Assembly (NCBI GenBank): GCA_013205565.1
Contig: JABMMM010000174.1
Location: forward strand, 2,290 to 66,289
Length of the DNA stretch: 64,000 nucleotides
Origin: Alcaligenaceae bacterium
Lineage (GTDB): Bacteria; Pseudomonadota; Gammaproteobacteria; Burkholderiales; Burkholderiaceae_B
Reading direction: 5' to 3'
Positions 10,112 to 20,169 of the stretch are shown piece after piece (position 1 is the stretch's first letter; each line of letters starts with the position of its first letter). The notes below the pieces were generated by a model that was not told where the DNA came from, ran no database searches, and saw nothing but the letters and a program-made list of their open reading frames with translations. The position numbers were made by a program, and so were the translations under genes.

Positions 10112-11097
10112 ATCGTCAAGTGTTTGGATATCTTTTATTTACCATTTTTTTGTTGGCGATTCCGTTGCTGGGCATCTATCCCATCTTCGCCATGAAAATC
10201 ATGTGCTACGCCTTGTTTGCCTGCGCGTTTAATTTATTGCTTGGTTTCACTGGTTTGCTCTCGTTTGGTCATGCCGCCTTTTTGGGCACTGCCGCTTACG
10301 CTTCCGGTCACGCAATGAAGGTCTGGGGCTTTTCGACTGAGCTCGGGATTCTCTACGGCGTTGCGATGGCCGGTGTTTTAGGGCTTGCGATGGGTGCCGT
10401 GGCGATTCGGCGCAGCGGCATCTATTTTGCGATGATCACTCTGGCGCTTTCACAGATGGTTTATTTCTTTTTTCTGCAAGCCAAGTTCACCGGCGGCGAA
10501 GACGGCTTACAAGGCGTGCCGCGAGGAACGCTTTTTGGGCTCATTGATCTCAAAAACGACCTTAACCTTTACTACCTGATCGTTGCCATTTTTATGTTTG
10601 GCTACTTTCTGATTTGGCGAATCGTACATTCGCCTTTTGGTCAGGTCCTTAAAGCGATTCGTGAAAACGAACCGCGGGCGATTTCTCTGGGCTATGACGT
10701 CGAGCGCTTCAAACTACTGGCGTTTGTTTTGTCAGCCATGCTCGCCGGTCTGGCGGGTTCAGCAAAAATGTTGATTTTTGTGTCGGCAACCTTGTCTGAC
10801 GCAACCTGGCAGATGTCGGGCCTAGTGATCTTAATGACTTTGATTGGCGGCTTAGGCACCTTAGTCGGCCCCGTGATTGGCGCTTTTATCATCGTGCTTC
10901 TTGAAAACAAAGTCGGTGATTTTGGGGCGGCTCTTGCAAACGCCACCGGTATAGAATGGTTTACGCGCCTAGGTGAATCAGTCACAATCGTCATCGGTTT
11001 GATTTTTGTCATTTGTGTCTTGTCCTTCAGACGCGGTTTAGTGGGCGAAGCCAACGCCTGGCTTGAAAAGCGTAGGGGCTCGCCAGCGCAGAGCTAA
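10108..11097 (+). CDS. livM: Liv-family permease (LivM-like)
   Basis: GLLSFGHAAF, YFAMITLA, TGGEDG, AIRENE. Confidence 0.88.
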   Translation: MNRQVFGYLLFTIFLLAIPLLGIYPIFAMKIMCYALFACAFNLLLGFTGLLSFGHAAFLGTAAYASGHAMKVWGFSTELGILYGVAMAGVLGLAMGAVAIRRSGIYFAMITLALSQMVYFFFLQAKFTGGEDGLQGVPRGTLFGLIDLKNDLNLYYLIVAIFMFGYFLIWRIVHSPFGQVLKAIRENEPRAISLGYDVERFKLLAFVLSAMLAGLAGSAKMLIFVSATLSDATWQMSGLVILMTLIGGLGTLVGPVIGAFIIVLLENKVGDFGAALANATGIEWFTRLGESVTIVIGLIFVICVLSFRRGLVGEANAWLEKRRGSPAQS

Positions 11098-11166
11098 CTT
11101 CTGCGCTGTTGTTTGAACAGCCTCTGAAACAAAAAAAATATTCAGAGGCTGAAGTTCGGAGACAAG

Positions 11167-12027
11167 ATGACTTTGATCGATATGCACTCGCATTGGGGGA
11201 CGCAGCGCGGTTACGTGCTGCGCACGCCCCAAGAACTTGCTCAGCAAAAGAAAACCTGGAACTCAGAGACGCAGTACGAAACCGAAGCGCAAATGGTCGC
11301 TTACTTTCGGGCGTCTCAAGCACGCGTGATCTTAGACTTGGGTTTTACAAAGTTTGCCCCACTGCACGAAGTCCTTGCTTTGCACGACTATTCTTTCGAG
11401 ATGCAACGTCAACATCCCGAAGCGATCCTTGGCAACTGGTTTCATTTAGACCCAGCCTTGCATGGCATCGACGGCCTAAAAGAGCTGCGCCGTTGCATCG
11501 ACGCGCGGGCAGGCTTTGTCGGTTTGGCGGTGAATGGTTCGGGTTCTGTCCCCGCGAGCGACCCGTTGTACGAGCCCTATTACAAGCTTTGTATTGAAGC
11601 TCAGATACCGGTGTTGATTTTTGTGGGTACCACCGGTCTAGGGGCTGGCCTGCCGGGCGGCAACGGTATTTTGCTTGACAGTTGTCATCCCCGCCATCTT
11701 GATTGGGTTGCCGCCAAAAATCCCTTACTGAAGATCGTTGCGGCACGACCTGGCTGGCCGTGGCAAGCTGAAACCATTGCCGTGTTGATGCACAAGCGCA
11801 ATATTTGGTATGAATTACACGGGTGGTCGCCCAAGTACTTTACGCCCGATCTCAAACACGACATTGCGCGTCGCCTGCAAGACCGCATCATGTTTGGCGG
11901 CGATTACCCTTTATACAAATACGAAAGACTCACCACTGAGTGGAAAGCCGAAGGCTATTCAGAAGCAGTGTTGGATAAAGTATTTTATAAAAATGCTGAA
12001 GCCTTTTTAGCCGGAGAACAACGCTAA
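11167..12027 (+). CDS. Amidohydrolase_2 family metallohydrolase
   Basis: IDMHSH N-terminal metal motif, GWSPKYF, IMFGGDYP. Confidence 0.8.
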   Translation: MTLIDMHSHWGTQRGYVLRTPQELAQQKKTWNSETQYETEAQMVAYFRASQARVILDLGFTKFAPLHEVLALHDYSFEMQRQHPEAILGNWFHLDPALHGIDGLKELRRCIDARAGFVGLAVNGSGSVPASDPLYEPYYKLCIEAQIPVLIFVGTTGLGAGLPGGNGILLDSCHPRHLDWVAAKNPLLKIVAARPGWPWQAETIAVLMHKRNIWYELHGWSPKYFTPDLKHDIARRLQDRIMFGGDYPLYKYERLTTEWKAEGYSEAVLDKVFYKNAEAFLAGEQR

Positions 12028-12806
12028 TGGATTTAGGACTCAAGGGTAAAGTCGCGATCGTAGGCGGCGCGAGTATGGGGATTGGTTTGGGCATCGCCAA
12101 CCAGCTGGCGCACGAAGGCGCGGATCTGGTGATCTTCGCGCGCCGACTGCCCAAGCTCGAGCAAGCAGCGGCAGAGATCGTGCGCAAGTACGACGTTCGG
12201 GTGTTGCCGGTGGCTGCTGATATTCGCGACAAGGACGATAGCGTGCGCATCGTGCAAGCCGCCATCGATGCGTTTGGCAGACTAGACATCTTAGTCAACA
12301 ACGATGGCGCGCCGCCACTCGGCGCGATCGACTCTTTTGACGACGTCGCCTGGCAAAAAGCGATTGAACAAAACCTGTTTAGCGTAATTCGGATGGTGCG
12401 CTCGGCCCTGCCTCACTTAACAGCAGCGGGCGGGGGCAGTATTTTAAATATCTCTGCGATTTCTGCGATTCAGCCCATCGCAGGTTTTGCACTTTCGGTT
12501 GCCACGTGGGCAGGCGTAATCGGCTATGCAAAGACCTTATCAATAGAAATCGCACGACACGGAATCAACGTCAACACCATCTGCCCTGGCTACATCGATA
12601 CCGATCGTCTACAAAAAGTTTTTGCGTCTGGCACTGAAAGCCCCGAGGCCGTACGCGCGAAGCTCATCACAGAGATTCCGCTGGGTCGCATCGGTTCAAC
12701 GGCCGATATTGCGAACCTCGTGGCTTTGTTGGTTTCGCCTGCGGGCTCATACATTACCGGCTGCACGATTCCGGTCGATGGCGGTCTGTTACGCGCGCTA
12801 CGCTAA
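12027..12806 (+). CDS. Short-chain dehydrogenase/reductase (3-oxoacyl reductase-like)
   Basis: GASMGIG, DILVNN, INVNTICPG, ITGCTIPVDGG. Confidence 0.88.
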   Translation: MDLGLKGKVAIVGGASMGIGLGIANQLAHEGADLVIFARRLPKLEQAAAEIVRKYDVRVLPVAADIRDKDDSVRIVQAAIDAFGRLDILVNNDGAPPLGAIDSFDDVAWQKAIEQNLFSVIRMVRSALPHLTAAGGGSILNISAISAIQPIAGFALSVATWAGVIGYAKTLSIEIARHGINVNTICPGYIDTDRLQKVFASGTESPEAVRAKLITEIPLGRIGSTADIANLVALLVSPAGSYITGCTIPVDGGLLRALR

Positions 12807-12810
12807 AAAA

Positions 12811-14499
12811 ATGACCGATTCCAAACATTCAACCAGCGCACAGCCGGCCTTGTACACCACGCCACAATATCAAACGCGACTCACCCCCGCCTTGCGCGAG
12901 CGCTACATCGCCAGCAAAGGTTGGCACGACGTCACGTTTTATGATTTTATCGTGCAACGCGCTGCAGAACACCCAGAGCGCGTAGTCTTTAGCGACGAAA
13001 CGCGAAGCCTGACCTACGGTCAACTCAAAGAGCAGGTCGAACGCTGCGCCGCTTTTTTTAAGAGCATCGGGATCGGCGCAGGTGATGTCGTCACGCTGCA
13101 GTTTCCAAATCGTGTTGAGTTTCCGATTGTGTTTTTTTCGCTCGAACTGCTTGGCGCCATCGCCAATAAAATCAGCCCAGATTTTAGACGTCGCGAAGTC
13201 GAATACATTTTGCGTTTTTCAAAGAGCAAAGCGTTTGTATGCGCGTCAAACTTTAAAGGCTTTGACTACGCGGCCATGATTGACGACTTGCGTCCAAGCT
13301 TGCCGGGCTTAACAACCGTGATCGTATCGGGGCCCACTTCGGTGGCAAATGTTCATTCGCTTGAGCAAGGCCTAGCCGCTTCTGCGCCCTTAAGTGCCAC
13401 TGACCGCGTACACATGAGCCCCGATGCAGTGATGCGCATGGCCTTTACCTCAGGAACAACGGGCGATCCCAAGGGCGTGATGCATAGCTTTAACAGCACT
13501 TTATACGCCGCTGAAGTCCTCAATACCGAAATGCACGTCACAGCTGCTGAAGTGCTACTGATCTGGTTACCCGTGGGTTTGAACTGGGGCTACTTAAGTT
13601 TGCTGCAAACGGTCATGAGCGGCGCGCGGGCAGTCTTGATGGAACGCTTTGAGGCAAAGCGGGCGCTCGCCTTGATCGAGCAGCAGCGGGCTAGCTTTAT
13701 TCCGACCGCGCCCGCTTCGTTATTGGCAATCATGAATGTGCCTGATTTTAAAAAATATGATTGCTCGTCCTTACGTGTGGTGATCACGGGTGGCGCCTCG
13801 GCAGCGATCGAAACGATTCGTGACTATCAAACGCATATGAAGGGTCACTTGCTTGAACTGTATGGCATGCTCGAGACTGGCTTTCACACCTTCACTCGCT
13901 TTGAAGACGACCCCGAAAAAGTGAACGGTACGATTGGTCGCATCGTTGGGCAAATGGAACTTCGTCTGATCGACGAAGCCGGCAACGATGTGCCGTATGG
14001 TGCCGAAGGCGAAATTGCGGCTTTTGGGCCATCGGTGCATTTGGGTTATTTCGATAACCCTACCGCCAATAAAGAGCTCTTTACCGAGGATGACTGGTTC
14101 AGAACCGGCGACCTTGGTAAATATGTCGATCAGGTCGGTAACGTCATGATTGTCGGGCGTCGCAAAGAAATGATTAACCGCGGGGGTAAAAAGTATTTTC
14201 CGCGTGAAATCGAAGAATTTCTTTACGCCCTGCCCGCGGTGTTACATGCTGCGATCGTTGGGGTAAACGATCAACGCCTGGGCGAAAAAAATTGTCTTTG
14301 CATTGTATTAAAGCCCGGTGCACAATTGACCCTGGTTGAAGTTATTGCTTCGCTCAAGGGTCAGGTGGCCGACTACAAACTGCCCGAGATGCTCGAATTT
14401 TATGATGAACTACCGTTTACTCCGACAGGCAAGATTCGCAGGCATGTGTTAACTGCAGATGTGCTTGCACGCATACAAGCTCGCTCCCTCTCACGTTAA
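12811..14499 (+). CDS. AMP-dependent acyl-CoA ligase (cyclohexanecarboxylate/aryl-CoA ligase-like)
   Basis: FTSGTTGDPKG, YGMLE, WFRTGDLG, RGGKK, PTGKI; start moved to ATG at 12811. Confidence 0.88.
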   Translation: MTDSKHSTSAQPALYTTPQYQTRLTPALRERYIASKGWHDVTFYDFIVQRAAEHPERVVFSDETRSLTYGQLKEQVERCAAFFKSIGIGAGDVVTLQFPNRVEFPIVFFSLELLGAIANKISPDFRRREVEYILRFSKSKAFVCASNFKGFDYAAMIDDLRPSLPGLTTVIVSGPTSVANVHSLEQGLAASAPLSATDRVHMSPDAVMRMAFTSGTTGDPKGVMHSFNSTLYAAEVLNTEMHVTAAEVLLIWLPVGLNWGYLSLLQTVMSGARAVLMERFEAKRALALIEQQRASFIPTAPASLLAIMNVPDFKKYDCSSLRVVITGGASAAIETIRDYQTHMKGHLLELYGMLETGFHTFTRFEDDPEKVNGTIGRIVGQMELRLIDEAGNDVPYGAEGEIAAFGPSVHLGYFDNPTANKELFTEDDWFRTGDLGKYVDQVGNVMIVGRRKEMINRGGKKYFPREIEEFLYALPAVLHAAIVGVNDQRLGEKNCLCIVLKPGAQLTLVEVIASLKGQVADYKLPEMLEFYDELPFTPTGKIRRHVLTADVLARIQARSLSR

Positions 14500-14510
14500 A
14501 AGAGTATTTT

Positions 14511-15377
14511 ATGAAGATTCAAAAAAAATTTAAAATTTCCTGTGCCATTGCTGCGACGACCTTATCACTCTTAACCAGCTCGCTTGCGATTGCACAGACT
14601 GCTGCACCCACAACGACAACAGCTGCGGCTTCAAAAGTCGAAATGCAATGGCTGGGGCAGGCTGGCTTTCGTATCGTGTCCCCAGGCGGCAAACTGATTG
14701 TGGTTGACCCTTGGATTAAAGGGGGTCCTAAAGCGCCAGCTAACTACAAAGCTGACCTAGCGGCGTTAGGCAAGATTGATATCTTACTGGTCACGCACGC
14801 GCACGTTGATCATTTAGGTGACGCTCCAGCGCTGGCGATTTTGAATAAGACCAAACTGTATGGCCCCGCTGATATGGTGACGCCGCTCATTACGCTTGGC
14901 ATGATTCCTGCAGACTTGGGTCACCGTTTTAATAAGTCGGGTAACGTCAAACCGTCGCCTGGTATCAAGGTGACCGCGGTTAAGGCCGAGCATTCTTCTT
15001 TAATTGTCTGGAACAATCCGCTCACGAGCAAGAATGAATCGCATCCCGCTGGTGAAGCAATGGGTTACATCATTGAACTCGAAAACGGCTTCAAGATTTG
15101 GCACATGGGTGATACGGGCCTGTTTGGTGATATGCAGTTCATCGCTGAGTACTACAAGCCTGATCTGGTGTTAATTCCAATCGGTGGCAACTTCACGATG
15201 GATCCTGAGGACGCTGCGTTTGCGTTGAATACTTGGATCAAGCCCAAGATGGTGATCCCGATGCATTACAACTCAAATCCTTTGACACCCGGCACGCTGG
15301 CTGAGTTTCAGGCGGCGATGAAGGGTAGCTCGGTCAAGATTGTTCCGATGACTGAAGGGCAGACGCTGTCGTTCTAA
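14511..15377 (+). CDS. Secreted metallo-beta-lactamase-fold hydrolase (UPF0173-like)
   Basis: Signal peptide; THAHVDH, HMGDT, IPIGG, PMHY. Confidence 0.82.
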   Translation: MKIQKKFKISCAIAATTLSLLTSSLAIAQTAAPTTTTAAASKVEMQWLGQAGFRIVSPGGKLIVVDPWIKGGPKAPANYKADLAALGKIDILLVTHAHVDHLGDAPALAILNKTKLYGPADMVTPLITLGMIPADLGHRFNKSGNVKPSPGIKVTAVKAEHSSLIVWNNPLTSKNESHPAGEAMGYIIELENGFKIWHMGDTGLFGDMQFIAEYYKPDLVLIPIGGNFTMDPEDAAFALNTWIKPKMVIPMHYNSNPLTPGTLAEFQAAMKGSSVKIVPMTEGQTLSF

Positions 15378-15378
15378 G

Positions 15379-16203
15379 TTAGTCGATCAGTTTGCCGCCG
15401 TCATGAAAGGGGTAAGGCCCTTCGAAGGTGCCGCAGGGCATTTGGTGGCTGACGACGCCACGCTCGGGGTCCCAAGCGTAGACCTTGACGCCACCGGGCT
15501 CGAGTATCCATTGCGAGGCGGCTTCAGGGTCGAGATCTAAGGCAACTTGATGAGCGGGCGCTGGTGAGGTTGACGCGATTGTTGCGCCAAACCGTACGTC
15601 GATCGCGCGGTGCAAATGACCGCAAATGACGCGTTCGATGTTTGAATACTTTGCGACGAGCGTTTCAAGTTCTACCGCACCCTGCAAGAGACCAATCTTA
15701 TCCATATGGCCAATTAGGGTCTTGAACGGTGGATGATGCATCGCAATCACGACTGGCATATCTTTTGAGTCGTTCAGTGTGTCTTCGAGCCAAGCCAAAC
15801 GTTTCGCGCAGAGGGCTCCGTGACTTTGTTGGGTAACAGTGGTGTCTAGTGTAATCAGTCGCACCGGACCGAGTTGCACGGTGTACTGCACAAAGCCCGA
15901 CTCGCCTAAGTATGTGTGCTCAGGAAAAGCCGCACGCATCTGTGTCGCGTCGTCATGGTTACCTGGCAGCAAGTAATACGGCACGGTTAGAGGTGCAAGG
16001 CACTCACGCAAATGCGCGTATTCTGCAGGTCGTCCAAAATCGGTTAGATCACCAGTCAACACTACCGCTTGAGGTTTTTGGCGCAAGTGTTCAATGGTCT
16101 GTACCGCACGATGCAAATAGGGTGCAGTATCGAGACGTCCATACGCCAAGCGGCCAGGTTCGCGAATATGCAGATCGGTCAACTGAATAAAGAGTGTGCT
16201 CAT
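15379..16203 (-). CDS. GpdQ/Icc-like metallophosphoesterase (phosphodiesterase)
   Basis: TDLH, TGDLTD, PGNHD, MHHPP, CGHLH; start moved to ATG at 16203. Confidence 0.88.
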   Translation of the reverse strand: MSTLFIQLTDLHIREPGRLAYGRLDTAPYLHRAVQTIEHLRQKPQAVVLTGDLTDFGRPAEYAHLRECLAPLTVPYYLLPGNHDDATQMRAAFPEHTYLGESGFVQYTVQLGPVRLITLDTTVTQQSHGALCAKRLAWLEDTLNDSKDMPVVIAMHHPPFKTLIGHMDKIGLLQGAVELETLVAKYSNIERVICGHLHRAIDVRFGATIASTSPAPAHQVALDLDPEAASQWILEPGGVKVYAWDPERGVVSHQMPCGTFEGPYPFHDGGKLID

Positions 16204-17252
16204 TAGTCGCTCTCGCAAGGCATGAAATGTTGGGTGGAAATAGTGAAAGAGACGCGCTCGCCGACAAGGTACGGACTATCGCGATGCGCTTCGGCAGCTA
16301 GCGTCGCCTGTCCTATCACCTCTAAGCGGTAATGAATGCGGTCCCCTAAAAAACTCCGTTGGGTAATGAGCCCTATGGGTTGATTCAAGGCTAACGGTTG
16401 CAATTGAATATCCTCTGGGCGTACAAATAGTTCAGGCCAAGGCCCATGAGGGCACGGCATGGCTGCCTGAGCAACGGTGACAGTGTCCTTGACGATATCT
16501 TCGGGCGTACGCTGCAGGCGATTAATGCGCCCCAGAAACTCAGCCACAAACATGTGTTTAGGATTTCGATAGAGCTCCTCGCCCAGCCCCACTTGAATGA
16601 TTTTTCCACTTCGCATCACCGCTAGGCGATCAGCAATTGCCAACGCCTCTTGCTGGTCATGCGTGACATGAATCGTTGTCACACCAAGACGGCGCAGCAA
16701 GTCTGCTAACTCATCGCGTAGCGTCACTTTTAGCTTGGCGTCTAACGCAGTGAGTGGCTCATCGAGCAATAAAACTTTTGGACGTACCGCCACGGCACGT
16801 GCGAGCGCAACGCGTTGGCGCTGGCCACCAGACAGTTCTGCGGGTCGCTTATGCTCTAGCCCCTTGAGTTGCACTAAGTCAATCAATTCACCCACAGTCT
16901 GCTTGAGCTGCTGTGCGCTAGTGCCCCTGAGCCGCAACCCATACCCAATATTGGCCTGAACGGTCATTTGTGGAAAAAGTGCGTAATGCTGAAACACCAT
17001 CCCGATCTGGCGTCGCTCAACGGGCACATGCGTCACCTCTTGCACACCAAACCGTATCACGCCCCCTTGATCAACCCGTTCAAGGCCAGCGACGAGTCTT
17101 AACAGCGTCGTTTTACCGCAACCAGAAGGCCCGAGCAATGCCAAGACCTCGCCAGGATACACGTCAAGCGAGGACGGCAATAAGCCCTGTGTGCCGTCAG
17201 GATAAGTCTTGGCGCACTGACTAATTTGTACTGCAGTGCGTTCAAGTTCCAT
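16203..17252 (-). CDS. ABC ATPase (PotA/AfuC/PhnT class)
   Basis: GPSGCGKTT, LSGGQRQ, LLDEP, VTHDQ. Confidence 0.9.
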   Translation of the reverse strand: MELERTAVQISQCAKTYPDGTQGLLPSSLDVYPGEVLALLGPSGCGKTTLLRLVAGLERVDQGGVIRFGVQEVTHVPVERRQIGMVFQHYALFPQMTVQANIGYGLRLRGTSAQQLKQTVGELIDLVQLKGLEHKRPAELSGGQRQRVALARAVAVRPKVLLLDEPLTALDAKLKVTLRDELADLLRRLGVTTIHVTHDQQEALAIADRLAVMRSGKIIQVGLGEELYRNPKHMFVAEFLGRINRLQRTPEDIVKDTVTVAQAAMPCPHGPWPELFVRPEDIQLQPLALNQPIGLITQRSFLGDRIHYRLEVIGQATLAAEAHRDSPYLVGERVSFTISTQHFMPCESD

Positions 17253-18048
17253 AGCGCTTTTGAACCTCGTTGGCGATCACTTGTAAGCCCCACAAGAGAG
17301 GCAGCACAACAATAAAAAAAATGAGGGTGTAGGCGGAGCCCACCTCGATACGCATCGACGCATAGCTGTCGGCCAAGCCAACCGGCAAGGTACGCGTTAA
17401 GGGTGTGTGCAACATCCACGTCAAGTTGAACTCGCCCACGGACAAGGTAAAAACCATTAAAGCACTGGCGATGATGGCTGGCATCACTGCGGGGATCAAC
17501 ACGCCTAACAAGCGACGCGAAAATCCAGCGCCCAACGTACGCGCCGCCTCTTCAATCGCAACAAGTTCTCGATTTGCGAAAGCTGACGATACCGTGCGCA
17601 CCACAAATGGCAAAGTGAACACGACGTGGCCGACTAGAATAAATAAAAAGCTTTGCCGAAAACTACGAAACTGACCGTACACCAGAATCAGAGCCAAGCC
17701 CGTCGCCAAGCCAGGTACCGCCACGGGCAAAATCAAGAGCTCTTCAAACAAACGCGCCCAGCGCGAGCGGGTTCTGGCCAAGGCGTACGCGCAAGGAACA
17801 CCAACGATGGTGGTAATCAACGCACACGAACTCGCGATCGCCAACGACCACAGTACCGTGTCGCCATAGCCTTCCCACACTTGTTCAAGCCAGCGAGTCG
17901 TCAGCCCACTGGCCAAACCTTGTGAATAATTGTTCACCAAACCAGCCGTGATGGATAAAACCATTGGAGTGAGCATAAACAGCGTCACAAGAGCCGTTAG
18001 CAGCGCTAAGGTCACAGGAAATCGATGAGGCGAGCGCGTCTGTGCCAT
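17242..18048 (-). CDS. ABC permease
   Basis: EEAARTLGA (EAA motif); hydrophobic. Confidence 0.88.
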   Translation of the reverse strand: MAQTRSPHRFPVTLALLTALVTLFMLTPMVLSITAGLVNNYSQGLASGLTTRWLEQVWEGYGDTVLWSLAIASSCALITTIVGVPCAYALARTRSRWARLFEELLILPVAVPGLATGLALILVYGQFRSFRQSFLFILVGHVVFTLPFVVRTVSSAFANRELVAIEEAARTLGAGFSRRLLGVLIPAVMPAIIASALMVFTLSVGEFNLTWMLHTPLTRTLPVGLADSYASMRIEVGSAYTLIFFIVVLPLLWGLQVIANEVQKRYGT

Positions 18049-18051
18049 CCC

Positions 18052-18861
18052 TTACCCTAACACCGTCGCAGGATCTGAATAACGCCTTGCCACATACATC
18101 ACCACCCACGTTACCAAGCCTAGCGCGATCGAAAGCGACGCAGCTAACGCAAAGTTAGCGTAATTTGTAAACTCAGAATAGATCGTGATCGGCAATACTT
18201 CAAATTTGGTCGCCAGTGTAAAGGCCGTGCCAAAGGCACCCATCGAGGTTGCAAAAACAATTGCGGCGCAAGCCAGCGTTGTTGGTGCTAATTCTGGCAG
18301 CCAAACATCACGCACGATTGCATAACGTGTGGCGCCTAAGGTTCTGGCAGCCTCTTCAAGAGCCAGATCCATTTTCTCAGCGGCCGCCGTATAGGTGGCG
18401 ATTGCACGCGGTAACGAAAAATACAAATACGCTAGAAAGAGGCCCAAGAAGCCATAAGCAAGTGTCAGGCGACCTGCCCCCAAGGCTTCAGACAGGTCAG
18501 CGATCAACCCCTGACGCCCGCCCAACAGAATCATAAAAAAACCAATAATCACTCCGGGAAAAGACAAGGGCAGGGTTAAAAGTGAAAGTAATATGCCGCG
18601 CCCCGCAAACTTGTGACGCGCTAAAAAAATTCCAACTGCACTACCAAGAACAAGTGTCAAGACAGTGACTAGCAGCGACAGCCAAACGGTGTTCAACAGA
18701 CTCAACCAATAGCGAGGGTGAGTAAAAATAGCAAAGTAAGTTTCCCAGCCTTTTTGAGCAGGCAAAGCTACGAGCCACGCCATGGGCAATAACCAACACG
18801 CAAAAAAAATCACAACGACTGGCATCAAACACGCCAGCCGTTGTGCAGAGAGAGTTACCAC
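18052..18861 (-). CDS. ABC permease
   Basis: LEEAARTLGA (EAA motif). Confidence 0.88.
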   Translation of the reverse strand: MVTLSAQRLACLMPVVVIFFACWLLPMAWLVALPAQKGWETYFAIFTHPRYWLSLLNTVWLSLLVTVLTLVLGSAVGIFLARHKFAGRGILLSLLTLPLSFPGVIIGFFMILLGGRQGLIADLSEALGAGRLTLAYGFLGLFLAYLYFSLPRAIATYTAAAEKMDLALEEAARTLGATRYAIVRDVWLPELAPTTLACAAIVFATSMGAFGTAFTLATKFEVLPITIYSEFTNYANFALAASLSIALGLVTWVVMYVARRYSDPATVLG

Positions 18862-18892
18862 CTCGTACTTACGGTATCAGCGGCAAGCGAAC

Positions 18893-19903
18893 TTATTGCA
18901 CGTCTTTCAAATACCGTTCTGAAAACATCTTTTGCACTTTAGCCATTTGACCGTAATCGACGGTCTTGGCACGTGCATAGTCTGCTGCGGGCAAGAAACG
19001 GGCTTGTACCTCTGCAGGGACAGCCGAGGCTCTCACAGGGCGCAGATAAGCGTTTGCCCACAGTGCTTGCCCCTCGTCAGACAGCACAAAATCAAGAACT
19101 TTTTTACCATTCTCGGCATTTGGGCCTTTGTTCACGAGGCTCATCACGTACGGCACCACCAAGGTGCCCTCAGCGGGAATCACAAAGGCTACGTTCGCCT
19201 TGTCTTTATACTTTGCGCGATAGGCATTGAAATCGTAATCCAACAAGATCGCAATTTCGCCCGACAACACACGCGCGTAAGACGTTTGCTTAGGCACGAT
19301 TGGCTCGTTCTTTTTCAGTGCTTTGAAATACTCAATCGCTGGACCAAAGTTATCAAGCGAACCGCCCCGCGCTTGATTGATCGCCACTGCCCCCACATAG
19401 CCAACAAACGCCGAGGCTGGGTCTAAATAGCCAATCAAGCCTTTGTATTCAGGCTTAAGTAAGTCAGCCCATGACTTAGGAATAGCCTTGCCTTTTAGGG
19501 CGTCAACATTGACCATCAATCCTAAGGTGCCCGAATGAATCGTAAACCAATTACCCGCGGGGTCTTTCAATGCATCTGGAATGTCATTCCAGGCCGCAGG
19601 CTTAAAGGGTGTGACGACCCCGTCCGCCGCCGCCTGAATACCAAAGGTGACCCCCAGATATGTGACGTCTGCAACTGGGCTAGCCTTTTCAGCGACAAGT
19701 TGCGCCAGAGACTGACCAGAGTTTTTATTATCAGGGGGGACGGTGATTCCCGTTTTAGCCTTGATAGCCTTGAGTTGTGATCCCCAGTCTGCCCACTCAG
19801 GTGGGCAGTTGTAACAGATCGCAGACTGTGCCATCGCAACACTTGAAGACAACGCAATACCTAACAGACCCACACGCAATATCTTATTTATTAGAGCTTT
19901 CAT
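18893..19903 (-). CDS. Periplasmic binding protein (AfuA/PhnS/thiamine-like class), ligand unknown
   Basis: Signal peptide MKALINKILRVGLLGIALSSSVAMA; PKSWADLLKPEYKG, IPAEGT; start moved to 19903. Confidence 0.85.
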   Translation of the reverse strand: MKALINKILRVGLLGIALSSSVAMAQSAICYNCPPEWADWGSQLKAIKAKTGITVPPDNKNSGQSLAQLVAEKASPVADVTYLGVTFGIQAAADGVVTPFKPAAWNDIPDALKDPAGNWFTIHSGTLGLMVNVDALKGKAIPKSWADLLKPEYKGLIGYLDPASAFVGYVGAVAINQARGGSLDNFGPAIEYFKALKKNEPIVPKQTSYARVLSGEIAILLDYDFNAYRAKYKDKANVAFVIPAEGTLVVPYVMSLVNKGPNAENGKKVLDFVLSDEGQALWANAYLRPVRASAVPAEVQARFLPAADYARAKTVDYGQMAKVQKMFSERYLKDVQ

Positions 19904-19969
19904 GGTCAGTACCCTCAGTAATGTCGAACACAAAACAATGCTGCAATGCCGCCAGCGAAATGAATCTTC

Positions 19970-20003
19970 AGTTTGCCTCAGAACCGTGACAAGCATATGA
20001 ATC
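19970..20003 (-). promoter_or_regulatory. Pho-box promoter of the ABC-phosphodiesterase operon
   Basis: GATTCAT-ATGC-TTGTCAC (20003-19986), 10 nt, CAAACT (19975-19970). Confidence 0.65.
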
Positions 20004-20069
20004 TGTTGTTGCAAAACTTCAATTTCTCAAAAAGTTAGCTTGTGCAGCATCATTTGGCGAAATGAGGCT

Positions 20070-20103
20070 TTGTCATCAAAATCGAATATTCACAAAGTAC
20101 TCT
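20070..20103 (+). promoter_or_regulatory. Pho-box promoter of the 86-aa ORF
   Basis: TTGTCAT-CAAA-ATCGAAT (20070-20087), 10 nt, TACTCT (20098-20103). Confidence 0.55.
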
Positions 20104-20169
20104 ATTACGCGAGATTTAGGTATTGCGCCGCAGCATCTAAGTCTCGCAATATGATGCCAGGGGTATAAG

